Shown here in pieces: positions 44,802-55,276 of a stretch of DNA of 64,000 bases. The position numbers were made by a program, and so were the translations under genes. The stretch is from Opitutales bacterium (lineage in GTDB: Bacteria > Verrucomicrobiota > Verrucomicrobiia > Opitutales > T3Sed10-336): the NCBI GenBank assembly GCA_022565335.1, contig JAIUMY010000003.1:1861-65860 (forward strand), written 5' to 3'. The stretch's first letter is position 1. Each line of letters begins with the position of its first letter. The notes below the pieces were generated by a model. That model searched no databases, was not told the origin of the DNA, and worked only from the letters and a program-made list of their open reading frames with translations.

Positions 44802-47273
44802 CTACAGAGAAGGCCGTTTTTGAACCACTTGAAAAGTCTCAATCGAGTCGCCTTCGGAGAAATCGTTGAACCGATCCAGCCCGATACCACATTCGTACCC
44901 GGCACGAACTTCCGTCGCATCCTCTTTGAAACGCTTAAGGGTAGAAATTTTGCCTTCGAAAACAATTTCTCCTTTGCGCAATACCCGCGCTGCGGCATCG
45001 CGGCGGATATGTCCTTGGGTTATCAAACAACCAGCCACTTGCGCACGTCCCACCGGAAAAACTTGCCGTACCTCGGCAGCCCCAACCTTGGTTTCTTCCA
45101 AAATCGGATCCAACAATCCCGCCATCGCCTCTTTCACCTGGTCAAACAGTTCGTAGATGATGTTGTGTTGATAAATCTCTACTCCATGATGCTTGGCAAT
45201 TTTCGTAACGCCATTTTCCTGACGTACATTGAATCCAATAATTACCGCTCCGGAAGTGCTGGCCACCATCACGTCGTTCTTGGTTATCAAGCCAACATCT
45301 CCGGCAACAACCTCCACGTCGACCTTATCGCTTTGAATCGCTTCAAGCATCCCTTTGACCGCTTCCAGGGAGCCTTGAACATCACATTTCAAAACCGCCC
45401 GCAAAGTCTTCTTCTGGGTGCTCGCAATGGCGGCAAAAAGATCATCGACCGTGGGCGCCGCTTCCTGCGGTTCCTCGGCCACTGAAGTTCGTTTGCGGAT
45501 CTCCAGATTCTCCGCAGCTTCGGCCTTGGCCACTTTCTCATTTTTGACCACCTTGAAAGTCGCCCCGGCCTCCGGAGCATCCGACCATCCAATGATCCGT
45601 ACCGGCGTCGACGGAGGGGCGGCTTTCAGATTTTTTCCTTTATCGTCGAAAAGCGCCCGGGCCTTCGCATAACGGGTCCCGCAGACCAGGGCATCACCTT
45701 GTTTTAAAGTTCCTTTCTGGATAATAACCGTTGCGCTGGCTCCACGCCCGACTTCCACTTGGGCCTCGACAACCGAACCCTCCGCAGGACAATCGGGATT
45801 GGCCTTGAGCTCCATGATTTCCGTTTGGAGATTGATCATCTCCAAAAGTTGATCGATTCCTTCTCCCTTTAGAGCCGAAACGGCAACCGTTATGGTTTCC
45901 CCTCCCCATTCTTCCGGAGCGAGGTTTCTTTCCTGCATTTGTTGCTTAACGCGATCCAGGTTCGCCCCCTTGGTATCGATTTTATTGATCGCCACGATAA
46001 CCGGTACTTCCGCTTCGCGGGCAAACTTGAGAGCCTCGTCGGTTTGTGGCATAAAGCCATCATCCGCCGCTACCACAAGAATTGCGATGTCCGTTAGCTC
46101 TGCCCCACGGGCACGCATTTTATTGAAAGCGGCGTGACCTGGAGTGTCGAGGAAAGTGATCAGCTTGCCGTCTTTCTCGACTTGATAGCCACCAATGTGC
46201 TGGGTAATACCTCCAAACTCCCCCTTAACCACATTGGCTGACCGAATCCGGTCCAAAAGGGTCGTTTTACCATGATCAACGTGTCCCAAAATACAAACCA
46301 CCGGCGGACGTTCCTTGAGTAGCTTACTCTCATCAACCTTGGGCTTTTCTTTCTTTTTGGCGCCACCTTGGGCACTTTCCCCCCGGTGCTTCACTTCCAG
46401 GAGAAAACCATGCTTGGCCGCAACTTCGGAGGCTACTTCCTCTTCGATCGTTTGATTCATCGCGGCAAAGATATTCATCTCCATCAGTTCGGAAATCAGA
46501 CGGAAAGGCTTGACCCCAATAAGATTCGCGAAATCTCTCACCACAATCGGTGGTTTGATTTGTAAAATCTTCGCATCCTCGCCCTTCTCTGGAGACTCCG
46601 AAGGTGTTTCACTCTTCTCCTCTTGCGTCGACTCTGGTGAGGAAGTCGCAGGGGGGCGGGGAGCCGCAGACGGCGGAGGGGGTGGAACCCCCGGGCCACG
46701 ACGCGCCGGAGGAGGCGGAGGCGCCATCGGAGGACGACCCGCCGTAGGCGGCGGGGGGGGTGGCCCGCGACGCGCAGGCGGGGGCGGGGGCGGGGCGGAG
46801 GGCTTGGCACCGCTAGCCTCCTTTTTTGCTTCTTCAGCGGCCGCTTTTTCGCGGTCCAGATCATCCTTCGACTTTACGAAAACCCCACTGGGTAAACCAC
46901 TACCCGCCTCAGAACCTTTCGACTCTGGAGTCTTCGCTGGCGCCTCCGGGGACTTCGATTGTGGCGGGGGCGGGGGCGGAGGTGGCGGAGCAGAGGATGG
47001 TCGGGCAGGAGGAACCGGGGCAGGTTTTTTGCTGCCATCCCCGGAACTCGAGGCGGCCTCGGGCTTTTCCTCTTTCTCGGTTTTCATCCCCTCATCATCG
47101 GCTTTTGACTCCTTATTTGAAGATTTAAACTCTTCAATGATCGACTCTGCGTCAATATTGTTAATCGTGCTGGAAGCACTTTTTACGTCAAAACCTCTCT
47201 CTTTCAGGAGAGCAAGAAGCTCCTTGTTCTCCATTCCGATCTCTTTGGATATTGTATATATGCGGGTACTCAT
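44802..47273 (-). CDS. infB: Translation initiation factor IF-2
   Basis: The G-domain motifs are [17 protein letters not shown] and NKID. It has a long Pro/Ala-rich N-terminal region and a C-terminal beta-barrel domain, and totals 823 aa. Confidence 0.95.
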   Translation of the reverse strand: MSTRIYTISKEIGMENKELLALLKERGFDVKSASSTINNIDAESIIEEFKSSNKESKADDEGMKTEKEEKPEAASSSGDGSKKPAPVPPARPSSAPPPPPPPPPQSKSPEAPAKTPESKGSEAGSGLPSGVFVKSKDDLDREKAAAEEAKKEASGAKPSAPPPPPPARRGPPPPPPTAGRPPMAPPPPPARRGPGVPPPPPSAAPRPPATSSPESTQEEKSETPSESPEKGEDAKILQIKPPIVVRDFANLIGVKPFRLISELMEMNIFAAMNQTIEEEVASEVAAKHGFLLEVKHRGESAQGGAKKKEKPKVDESKLLKERPPVVCILGHVDHGKTTLLDRIRSANVVKGEFGGITQHIGGYQVEKDGKLITFLDTPGHAAFNKMRARGAELTDIAILVVAADDGFMPQTDEALKFAREAEVPVIVAINKIDTKGANLDRVKQQMQERNLAPEEWGGETITVAVSALKGEGIDQLLEMINLQTEIMELKANPDCPAEGSVVEAQVEVGRGASATVIIQKGTLKQGDALVCGTRYAKARALFDDKGKNLKAAPPSTPVRIIGWSDAPEAGATFKVVKNEKVAKAEAAENLEIRKRTSVAEEPQEAAPTVDDLFAAIASTQKKTLRAVLKCDVQGSLEAVKGMLEAIQSDKVDVEVVAGDVGLITKNDVMVASTSGAVIIGFNVRQENGVTKIAKHHGVEIYQHNIIYELFDQVKEAMAGLLDPILEETKVGAAEVRQVFPVGRAQVAGCLITQGHIRRDAAARVLRKGEIVFEGKISTLKRFKEDATEVRAGYECGIGLDRFNDFSEGDSIETFQVVQKRPSL

Positions 47274-47287
47274 TAGCGGCTGTTATT

Positions 47288-47335
47288 AAAATTTAAAAGG
47301 GTTTAAAAGGACAGCCACCAATGTTTGGGGCTGTC
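47288..47335 (-). terminator. Hairpin + U-rich tract between nusA and infB (weak terminator/attenuator candidate)
   Basis: The minus strand reads GACAGCC-ccaaacattggt-GGCTGTC, a 7-bp stem (47310-47316 / 47329-47335), followed by CTTTTAAACCCTTTTAAATTTTAATAA. Confidence 0.35.
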
Positions 47336-47355
47336 TTACTGAACCGTGAGCGTCT

Positions 47356-48615
47356 TCACGGCTGAGCGTTTTGCTGGGCGAAAAATTCCTGCACCCGTTC
47401 CAAGACAAAAGCGGCTTCTTCAGCACTAAACCCTGCCTCCACCAAATCATCCGGCTCGACTCCGGAAAAAGTTTCCGGACTGACGAATCCAACCGCAACC
47501 AAACGAGTGGCCAAATCGCCCTCCAAACCGGGAATCTGGTTGATCGCATCAGCGGCCATTTTCTTTTTGTCTTCAAAGTCGAGCTTTTGGGTGCGCTCTT
47601 TGTGAATATCAAGTTTCCAGCCTAAGAGACGGGAGGTTAAACGGGCATTTTGCCCTTTGCGGCCAATAGCCACGGCAAGGTCATCTTCAGAAACTTCAAA
47701 ACTTATTTTCTTACTGCGACGATCGAGATTGATGTTTTTAGGTACCGCGGGGCGCAATGTTTCGGTCAAAAATTCAACAGGATCGTCGGAATAGCGGACG
47801 ATATCAATTTTTTCACCCCCCAACTCTCTCACAATACTTTTTACCCGAGCCCCACGGGCTCCCACACAGGCTCCTACCGGATCGACTTTGGAATCATTGC
47901 TGATAACCGCAATTTTTGTCCGGTAACCGGCTTCCCGCGCCAAGGCACGAAGAACAACGGTTCCGTCGGCGATTTCCGTAACCTCCAGCTCAAATAACCG
48001 GCGAACGAATTTGGGATGGGCCCGCGACAGAATAAGCTCTGGACCGCGGTTGCTGTTATCGATCTTTAAAAGCAAACAACGGATACGCTCTCCCGGCGAA
48101 TAATCTTCCCCCGGAACTCTTTCCCGGTGCGGCAGAAGGGCCTCCGCAGTGCCTAATTCTACGATCAGATCACCTCTTTCACGCCGACGAACGATTCCCG
48201 ATACCACATCCCCAACCTGATCCTTGAAATGGTCGTAAATCCTTTCCTTTTCAAACTGCCGTAGCCTTTGCATGATACCCTGACGGGCCGCTTGCGCGGC
48301 AATACGTCCCAGATAGGAGGGATCGATCTCTCGTTCTACGAAGTCTCCCAATTGCGCGTCGGGCTTCAGCAAACGGGCCTTTTCCAAATTAATTTCGGAC
48401 TTGGGATCACTCATCGAGTCGACGACTTTAAGCAGACTCCAAGCTTGTAAGTGGCCATTTCGGGGGTTGATCTCAACTTTGATCTCCTGGCCCGCGTTCA
48501 CTCCTTTCGCCGCGGCATTTTTTATGGCCGTGGAAATGATGGAGATCATCTCGTCGCGGGTGATCCCCTTTTCTTTTTCCATGTATTCCAGGATGGATAG
48601 TATCTCAGCGCTCAT
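47356..48615 (-). CDS. nusA: Transcription termination/antitermination factor NusA
   Basis: The N-terminal [18 protein letters not shown], the S1 domain ([18 protein letters not shown]) and the KH domains ([26 protein letters not shown]; [11 protein letters not shown]) are present. I prefer the start at 48615. The ORF-track extension to 48660 translates a leader hairpin and U-tract. Confidence 0.9.
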   Translation of the reverse strand: MSAEILSILEYMEKEKGITRDEMISIISTAIKNAAAKGVNAGQEIKVEINPRNGHLQAWSLLKVVDSMSDPKSEINLEKARLLKPDAQLGDFVEREIDPSYLGRIAAQAARQGIMQRLRQFEKERIYDHFKDQVGDVVSGIVRRRERGDLIVELGTAEALLPHRERVPGEDYSPGERIRCLLLKIDNSNRGPELILSRAHPKFVRRLFELEVTEIADGTVVLRALAREAGYRTKIAVISNDSKVDPVGACVGARGARVKSIVRELGGEKIDIVRYSDDPVEFLTETLRPAVPKNINLDRRSKKISFEVSEDDLAVAIGRKGQNARLTSRLLGWKLDIHKERTQKLDFEDKKKMAADAINQIPGLEGDLATRLVAVGFVSPETFSGVEPDDLVEAGFSAEEAAFVLERVQEFFAQQNAQP

Positions 48616-48631
48616 GTATTTGGATTGGCGT

Positions 48632-48660
48632 ATAAATAAAAAAAGCGAGCCAAAGCTCAC
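48632..48660 (-). terminator. Terminator-like hairpin + U7 tract in the nusA 5' leader (attenuator candidate)
   Basis: The minus strand reads GUGAGC-uuug-GCUCGC (6 bp including one G.U), followed by UUUUUUUAUUUAU. It ends ~17 nt before the nusA ATG. Confidence 0.45.
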
Positions 48661-48759
48661 TCTGTTCAGTGTGCAAAAACGAAATCTTGAAATGCCGCCA
48701 AAGAAATGTCAAGAGTCCAAGCGCAGACATTCTCCTTTCTGAATTTAACAATTTTCTCA

Positions 48760-49755
48760 ATGCCCAACCCGAAATCCACTTCCCGCCAAGACCTTCAACC
48801 GCGAAATATTCTTCGCTTCCTTTCGGTGGGCTTTCTTATGGGAACGGCAAATCTGGTGCCAGGGGTTTCGGGCGGCACCATCGCTTTGGTTTGCGGCATT
48901 TACGAACGCTTAATCTTTGCTCTACGGACCCTGGATCGTAAATCTCTTTCTCTTTTTTTACGAGGGGACCTGCGCGGATTATGGGAAAAAGTCCCCATTC
49001 TTTTTCTCGCTGCTTTGACCCTAGGTGTAGCTGTGGCTTTTTTGAGCATGGCCCATCTCTTGTCTTTTTTGATTAATTCCTACCAAAGTTTTCTCTGGGC
49101 CTTCTTCACCGGACTCATCGGCGGGTCTATCCTGTATATCGGTAGAGAGGTTGGTAAATGGGACTTGGCCAAAGCCGCTCTCTTCGCCGCTTCAACCATC
49201 ATGGCAATCCTCCTTACCGGACCATTTTCCATACAACTGCCCACCGAAGCCCCCTTTCTGGTTCTGGGCGGAATGATTGCCGTTGCGGCCCTTCTTCTTC
49301 CCGGACTATCGGGATCCCATGTGCTCGTGGTCATCGGCCTCTATGGTTTCATCCTCGAAGCTTTCACCTCGCTGCAATTGCAGAATCTCGCCCTTTTTGG
49401 CAGTGGCATGGTTCTGGGAGTCCTCGTTTTCGCGCAAGCCATTGGGGCTTTATTAAAAAAAGCCCGAAACGCGGTTCTCGCGGTCCTGACGGGTCTGATG
49501 GCTGGTTCTCTGCCCGCGGTCTGGCCTTGGCAAAAAACCGTCACCGAGCGTATCAATAGCGCCGGAGAGCCTGTTCCTTTGCAGCAAGTGCCAGTGCTTC
49601 CCAGTACTCCCCCGGACATGACCGAAGGGTCCATCCTTCTCCTTTGCTTGGTCATCGGTATATTTTCGGTTTATCTCCTCACCCGCCTGCAGGAAAAAAA
49701 CCTCCCCTCGCTCCAAAATCCCCAAGCTGTCAAAACCGAATCCGCCAAACTGTAA
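48760..49755 (+). CDS. DUF368-family integral membrane protein
   Basis: FLMGTANLVPGVSGGTIALVCGIYERLI and a second LLPGLSGSHVLVVIGLY repeat are the DUF368 hallmarks as I recall them. It has ~8 TM helices. I prefer the ATG at 48760. Confidence 0.7.
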   Translation: MPNPKSTSRQDLQPRNILRFLSVGFLMGTANLVPGVSGGTIALVCGIYERLIFALRTLDRKSLSLFLRGDLRGLWEKVPILFLAALTLGVAVAFLSMAHLLSFLINSYQSFLWAFFTGLIGGSILYIGREVGKWDLAKAALFAASTIMAILLTGPFSIQLPTEAPFLVLGGMIAVAALLLPGLSGSHVLVVIGLYGFILEAFTSLQLQNLALFGSGMVLGVLVFAQAIGALLKKARNAVLAVLTGLMAGSLPAVWPWQKTVTERINSAGEPVPLQQVPVLPSTPPDMTEGSILLLCLVIGIFSVYLLTRLQEKNLPSLQNPQAVKTESAKL

Positions 49756-49790
49756 AAGTTTGTCTCCAGGACTCTATAAGCAACCGTCCT

Positions 49791-50231
49791 TCACTCGTTT
49801 TCCCTGGCCAGAAAACGTTCCATGGCCGCCAGAGTTTCCGCTCCCAAATGGTGTTCAATGCCTTCCGCATCCTCCCGCGCGGCATTCTCCGGCACCCCCA
49901 AAGCCAAGAGAAAAGACTCCACCGTGCGGTGTCTTTCGTAACATTCAAGCGCCAGTTTTGTACCTTTCACGGTCAAGGCGATGCCCTTGCTTCCACGCTC
50001 TACCAACCCTTCTTTTTCCAATTTTTCCAAAGCCCGAATGACCGTAACATGCGAGACCCCAAAAACTCCTTGGAGGTCGACAACACGAACTTCCTTTCCA
50101 TTTTGCGCAAGCAAATAAATCGCCTCCACATAATCCTCTGTCCGCTCATCCCGGTGCTGCAACCTTACCGCACGGTGGGCATCGGACATCAATCCCGAAG
50201 AGGGGTCGGTATCGGGGGAGTCTTCCATCAA
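49791..50231 (-). CDS. DtxR/MntR-family metal-dependent transcriptional repressor
   Basis: TEDYVEAIYLL... is followed by a winged-helix segment (VRVVDLQGVFGVSHVTVIRALEKLEKEGLV) and a dimerisation/metal segment (HRTVESFL..LGV......DAEGIEHHL). Confidence 0.8.
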   Translation of the reverse strand: MMEDSPDTDPSSGLMSDAHRAVRLQHRDERTEDYVEAIYLLAQNGKEVRVVDLQGVFGVSHVTVIRALEKLEKEGLVERGSKGIALTVKGTKLALECYERHRTVESFLLALGVPENAAREDAEGIEHHLGAETLAAMERFLARENE

Positions 50232-50294
50232 AGCAAACTTCCGTAAAAGAAAATACAGGTCAAGAATAAGAAGACTCTTTTCACGTTAGCCTTT

Positions 50295-51320
50295 TTAAGA
50301 AGAGGTTCCCCGCTCCCTGAAATTTGGAACGTTCCCTGACCTTTTCGGCCCCCTGAACTTCTTTTGTCCCACGAAAAGTTCCTCGCTCACCTGGTTTTTT
50401 GCCTCGCCCCGGCAATCAACAAATTTGCCCGTCACTCTTTCCACGAATGCTTTCGCACCTATGATCATGCCATACCCCAAAGAACGTAAAAACCTCCAGT
50501 TTTTCCGTGTTGCACCACTTTCCTCCCGCTGCCGCTCACTCAAAATCCTGACCATCTCTTCCCTGGCTCCATCAGACCCAGCCTGTCCCAGCAAAAGCAG
50601 GCGATACTCACGCAATACCTCCTTACCCCACGCATCTCCCCGCAATCCCCGCAAAACATCCACCAGCCCGGCCCGCGGATACCCTTCCTTCTCCCCCTCA
50701 CCGTAACCGCTAAAGGCATAGTCACGCGGGTCCTCCACCAACCCCGCCCGCACTGGGTTCAAATCGATATACGCCGCCATCACCAGCAACGCCGTCCCAC
50801 TCCCCTGCACCAAAACACTTTTGAAACGATCACTCCATAGCGGCCCATAGCGGTCATGATTGGCATTGTACCAAATGCTCACCTGTTGCTTGTAGATCTT
50901 CACAAAAGCCGACAAATCATGCATCCGAGCCAGCAAGCTCGCCCGCATCTTCTCCGCCTCCTCACCCCCGTCTTTCAAGGTTCGCTCCACCTGTTCCGGC
51001 GTATTCGGCGCATACTTGCGTGCCCGCTCACTCTTGCGCAGCACCCCATCCTCCCCATGCAGCATCCGGTACCGCCGGAGCAACTCCCTATCATCAAGTT
51101 TCATCTGACCCCCATCAGGCACCTCGACCAAGAAATGGAAGTGATTGCCCATCAGGCAATAGGTCAGGATCTTCACCCCGCAAAACCCCGCCACCTTAAA
51201 CAGCATCCGCCGCATCGCCTCTTTCTCTTCATCCGAGAAAAAGATCTCCCCATTCACCGTCCGGGACATCACATGGTACAACGCCCGCTGCCCCTTTACC
51301 TTAATTCGTTCCTTTCTCAT
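50295..51320 (-). CDS. IS200-like Y1 (HUH) transposase family protein, RAYT/REP-associated tyrosine transposase-like, solo
   Basis: YHVMSRTVNGE, the HUH motif in LMGNHFHFLVE and the Tyr motif AAYIDLNPVRAGLVEDPRDYAFSGY are present. No TnpB/accessory gene and no terminal hairpins are visible in the flanks. Confidence 0.75.
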   Translation of the reverse strand: MRKERIKVKGQRALYHVMSRTVNGEIFFSDEEKEAMRRMLFKVAGFCGVKILTYCLMGNHFHFLVEVPDGGQMKLDDRELLRRYRMLHGEDGVLRKSERARKYAPNTPEQVERTLKDGGEEAEKMRASLLARMHDLSAFVKIYKQQVSIWYNANHDRYGPLWSDRFKSVLVQGSGTALLVMAAYIDLNPVRAGLVEDPRDYAFSGYGEGEKEGYPRAGLVDVLRGLRGDAWGKEVLREYRLLLLGQAGSDGAREEMVRILSERQREESGATRKNWRFLRSLGYGMIIGAKAFVERVTGKFVDCRGEAKNQVSEELFVGQKKFRGPKRSGNVPNFRERGTSS

Positions 51321-51402
51321 ACCCCCACAAAACCCAAAAATCCGTCAATAGTCAAGAGTCAATCCCTTAAAATTTAATTTGTCAAATAATAAGAGCCGCG
51401 GT

Positions 51403-52734
51403 CTATTTGCGGTAGGCTTCGGCAAGGATGGTGACCGGATGTTTTACGGGGATCCCGCCTGCTCCGTCGGCTTGGAGGCCGGCTTGAATTTGAATGTTGC
51501 AGCCTGGGTTGGCGCTGGCAATGCAGTCTACCGGTTTCTTGCGAATATGCCCGATCTTGCGATCGCGTAGTTTACGGGAGGTTTCGGGTTGGGTAATATT
51601 GTAAATGCCCGCACTGCCACAGCACCACATGCTTTCCTCGAGCTCGACCAACTCCAGGCCGGGGATGGCCCGGAGAATATTGCGCGGGGGAACACGAATC
51701 CCCTGCCCATGGCAAAGGTGACAGGCCTCATGATAGGTCACCCGTTGCGCCCCCCCCTCCCCTTGCGGCGTCACAAGGCCAATTTCATCCAACCATTCGT
51801 GAATATCCTTACATTTGGCTGACCATTCCCGGGCTTTGTCCGCGTATTCCGGATCGTCTGCCAACAGGCGATCATAATGTTTCAAATGCGATCCACAACC
51901 GGCGGCATTGGTAATGATGGAATCGAGGGAGGACAGATCAAACGCATCAATGTTTTTCCGGGCCATTTCCTTGGAGAGTTCGTATTCGCCGTTGTGCCCA
52001 TGCAGTGACCCGCAGCAATGCTGCACGCGGGGGGTAATCACGGTGCAATGGTTATGGCGCAAAACCTCCGCCGTATCGGCATTGACAGAGGCAAAAACAA
52101 TATCTTGCACGCATCCTGTAAGGAGACCCACCTGATACTTTTCTTCTCCATAGGCCGTGGCCCGCAGAGGAATCTGTTGGTGAGAAAAGCGGGCTTCGGC
52201 GGTCGGGGTAAGTTCCTCCAGTTCGCGATACCTCTTGGGCAATAGTTTATTGAGCCGCAAGCCTCGAAAAGCCGCTTGCAATTTGGAAGCCTGGTAAAGC
52301 CACAGTGAACGTCCGACAAACCGCAACAACCGCGGCCGGGTAAATAGGAGCCGCAAGGTTAACCACCGCACCAAGCGGCGTTTTTTTCCGGTAAGAACTT
52401 TCTCCTCCTCGGCCTGGGCGCGGGCTTTTTCGAAAAGATCAGCATAGTCCACCCCCGCCGGGCAGGCACTTACACAGGCGAGACAACCCAGACAGTAATA
52501 CATTTCATCAGCAAAGGCTTTCTCAATCTTCAATTCCCCGTCGGCCACTGCCCGCATCAAAGCGATACGCCCCCGGGGGCTATTGCGCTCGCGGCCCGTT
52601 TCCTCATACGTAGGACAAGTGGGCAGACACATCCCGCAGTGCATGCATTGTTGCAAAACAGAGTAGTCCATATCGGCGAGATAGTTTTTCTTTCCCATGG
52701 ACGGGGAATTCACGTTGGAGGGAAAATTCTTCAT
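51403..52734 (-). CDS. glcF: Glycolate oxidase iron-sulfur subunit GlcF-like ((Fe-S)-binding protein with two CCG domains)
   Basis: Two 4Fe-4S ferredoxin motifs are present, CMHCGMCLPTCP and CLGCLACVSACP, followed by Cys-rich CCG-type repeats (CCGS.. / CCGSAG). It overlaps glcD by 4 nt. Confidence 0.8.
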   Translation of the reverse strand: MKNFPSNVNSPSMGKKNYLADMDYSVLQQCMHCGMCLPTCPTYEETGRERNSPRGRIALMRAVADGELKIEKAFADEMYYCLGCLACVSACPAGVDYADLFEKARAQAEEEKVLTGKKRRLVRWLTLRLLFTRPRLLRFVGRSLWLYQASKLQAAFRGLRLNKLLPKRYRELEELTPTAEARFSHQQIPLRATAYGEEKYQVGLLTGCVQDIVFASVNADTAEVLRHNHCTVITPRVQHCCGSLHGHNGEYELSKEMARKNIDAFDLSSLDSIITNAAGCGSHLKHYDRLLADDPEYADKAREWSAKCKDIHEWLDEIGLVTPQGEGGAQRVTYHEACHLCHGQGIRVPPRNILRAIPGLELVELEESMWCCGSAGIYNITQPETSRKLRDRKIGHIRKKPVDCIASANPGCNIQIQAGLQADGAGGIPVKHPVTILAEAYRK

Positions 52735-54155
52735 GCGGACCGGGATTTGCGCTCAACATCAACCAGTTTACCCGGATTGAGCAACCCTTTGGGATCAATT
52801 GCTGCTTTGAACGTTTTGAAGAGTTTTATCCCCTCGGCCCCGTATTGTTGCGGCAGAAAATTCTTTTTGGCCACCCCTACCCCATGTTCACCGGTGATGG
52901 TACCTCCCAGCGAAATGGCAAAGGTGAAAATTTCTTTCATGGCTTTTTCGACTTTTTCCATTTCCTCGTGGTTCTTTTCATCGGTCAGAAAGGTGGGGTG
53001 CAAATTCCCATCTCCCATATGCCCAAAGGTTCCGATACGAAGCTGGTATTTTTTGCCAATTTCCTGAATAAACGTAACGATTTTCGTCAGCTCGCTTCGG
53101 GGAACGGTAGCATCTTCTAAAATCGTTGTTGGGCGAACCCTCGCCAAAGCCGAAAAGGCGGTACGGCGTGCTGCGGCCAGTTCGTTCGCCTCCTCGACTG
53201 ACTTGGCAACCCGCACTTCCCGGGCGCCGTTTTTCCGCGCAATGTCGGCCATCTCCAGGGCTTCGGCTTCTACTACCGACAAAGGCCCATCGCTCTCCAT
53301 TAAAAGAATAGCTCCGGCATCCGTGGGTAGGCCGATTTTGGCATAATCCTCAATGCACTGAATGGTGACCTGGTCGAGGAACTCTAAAGTACAAGGGATG
53401 ATTTTACGCGAAATAATCTCCGAGACCGTGGTCGCGGCATCCTCCATTCTGGGATACATCGCCAACATCGTTTGACGGGCGGGAGGCGGAGGAACAAGGC
53501 GAAGGAGCACTTTGGTAATCAGGCCCAAGGTGCCCTCGGAACCGATAAAAACATCTTTCATCGAGAAGCCGGCGACATCTTTCACACATTTGTTGCCCAA
53601 AAAGGTGACCGTACCGTCGGGCAAAATCACCTCCATCCCCATCACATAATTCCGGGTGACTCCATATTTCAAACCACGAAGCCCTCCTGAATTCTCGGCC
53701 ACGTTGCCGCCAATCGTGGAGATTTTCATAGACCCTGGATCCGGAGGGTAAAACAGCCCCTCAGCACTGGCAGCTTCGGCGATCTTCTGGGTAATCACCC
53801 CACATTCGGCAAGTAGGGTCAGATTATCCGCGTCCACTTCGAGGATTTCATTCAGCCGCAAAAGGCAAATAATAATGCCCTCTTCCACCGGCAGGCTGCC
53901 ACCGCTAAGGCCGGTTCCGGAGCCACGGGTGACCATCGCCAAATCATTTTCTGAACAAAAACGCACAACGGCGGCGGCTTCCTCAACGGTGCCTGGAAAA
54001 ACCACACATTCAGCGGCCTTTTTGAGGGCCGCGGTACCGTCAAAGCCGAAAGGCAAAACGTCTTCCTTTTCGGTCAGAACCTGTTCCCGCCCGACAATTC
54101 CGGACAAGGCTTCGATGATCCGGGCTTTCTGTTTCAAGGGGTCTCTCCTTCCCAA
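52731..54155 (-). CDS. glcD: FAD-linked oxidase, GlcD-like (glycolate/D-lactate dehydrogenase subunit)
   Basis: The FAD-binding PCMH-type N-domain (VTRGSGTGLSGGSLP) and the C-terminal GGTITGEHGVGVAKK motif are present. Confidence 0.8.
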   Translation of the reverse strand: MGRRDPLKQKARIIEALSGIVGREQVLTEKEDVLPFGFDGTAALKKAAECVVFPGTVEEAAAVVRFCSENDLAMVTRGSGTGLSGGSLPVEEGIIICLLRLNEILEVDADNLTLLAECGVITQKIAEAASAEGLFYPPDPGSMKISTIGGNVAENSGGLRGLKYGVTRNYVMGMEVILPDGTVTFLGNKCVKDVAGFSMKDVFIGSEGTLGLITKVLLRLVPPPPARQTMLAMYPRMEDAATTVSEIISRKIIPCTLEFLDQVTIQCIEDYAKIGLPTDAGAILLMESDGPLSVVEAEALEMADIARKNGAREVRVAKSVEEANELAAARRTAFSALARVRPTTILEDATVPRSELTKIVTFIQEIGKKYQLRIGTFGHMGDGNLHPTFLTDEKNHEEMEKVEKAMKEIFTFAISLGGTITGEHGVGVAKKNFLPQQYGAEGIKLFKTFKAAIDPKGLLNPGKLVDVERKSRSA

Positions 54156-55252
54156 TCAATAAGGAACTGGGCAAGCTCATCGAGATTCGCGCTGCGCGCC
54201 TCCCGAACAAAAAACCCAGAGGAAGCGGTCCCGATCGCCAGACGCTCCCAGGGGGCAAAGCCCAGCACGGTGGAAAGCACATAACCGGCGTTGAAACGAT
54301 CCCCCGCTCCGGTACTTTTCTTCGGTTTGGGGCAATACGGTCCGGTGATCGAGGCGGCTCCGTCAGGGCCATCCACCGCAGCATATTTAATCCAGTGAAC
54401 CGCCACCTCATCGATCTCCAGGGCTTTTCGCAAAGCGACCGCTTGGGTGGCCACCGAATCCTCGGCATCCTCACCTTCCGGCAATCCCAAAATGCGACAC
54501 AGAAGGTTGGCTTCGTTGCCGTTTAGGCCGAGAGTCAAAACACCATTTTGAGAGATATCCGGAAGAACCTTGAGCATGGCCCGAATGTCCTCCTCCGAGC
54601 GGGAGGACGGGTCAACGAGGTCGATCATGAAACGTTTTCCGGCCGGGAGTTTGGCATAGACCTCGTCGCACAGAATCTTCCAAACCTCGGTCATGTGCGG
54701 ATAGAGAGTCCAGTCGGTCAGGGCAATCAGAGAGGCTTCCTCACAACTTTTGAGATAGGGCCCGGTGGCTAATTTTTGCTGCACATAGGAGGCATCCAAA
54801 TCAGCCAACTGGCGAACCGCACTGAACATCAGTTTGCCATCGGCAAATTCAAATGCGAGGGTGCGACCCGGTTCGGCGCCCCAGGATTCGACGGTGCGGC
54901 ATCGCCGGGTGAGTTCGGCGAAAGCCGGATGCTCTGGCTCGCCAAGGGTGGCGAAAAGATCCAGCGGCAAGCCGAAATTCACCAATCCATCACCCATATT
55001 GACGGCACAGCCACCGGCATCGACCTGGTTGACAACAATTTCACGCAGACTGCTATGCCCGGCCGCCCCGGAAATTAATTTGCCAAAAGTGGCGATATCC
55101 GGAACGGCATCATAATCGTCGAGGCTGCGACGTTCATTCACTACCGAGATCATCTCATCGACGAACCCATCAAACCCGGAAACCACCGGGTGTTTCATGG
55201 GTTCATGGCGTTCCCGTAATAATTTTTCTGCGAGCAAGGCTTTGTTTTCCAT
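54134..55252 (-). CDS. Ribokinase-superfamily sugar kinase (PfkB/ADP-dependent-kinase-like)
   Basis: The N-terminal VVSGFDGFVDEMISVV and the C-terminal anion-hole/catalytic motif TGAGDRFNAGY are present. The 3' end overlaps the glcD start by 22 nt. Confidence 0.6.
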   Translation of the reverse strand: MENKALLAEKLLRERHEPMKHPVVSGFDGFVDEMISVVNERRSLDDYDAVPDIATFGKLISGAAGHSSLREIVVNQVDAGGCAVNMGDGLVNFGLPLDLFATLGEPEHPAFAELTRRCRTVESWGAEPGRTLAFEFADGKLMFSAVRQLADLDASYVQQKLATGPYLKSCEEASLIALTDWTLYPHMTEVWKILCDEVYAKLPAGKRFMIDLVDPSSRSEEDIRAMLKVLPDISQNGVLTLGLNGNEANLLCRILGLPEGEDAEDSVATQAVALRKALEIDEVAVHWIKYAAVDGPDGAASITGPYCPKPKKSTGAGDRFNAGYVLSTVLGFAPWERLAIGTASSGFFVREARSANLDELAQFLIDWEGETP

Positions 55253-55276
55253 AATAAGTTTCTTTTGAGTTTGAGG

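Noticed and set aside
46510-47289. A 259-aa Gly-rich plus-strand ORF ([17 protein letters not shown]...).
   Set aside because: It is the reverse-complement shadow of the Pro/Ala-rich N-terminal region of IF-2 (CCN codons read as NGG). infB is unambiguous on the minus strand.
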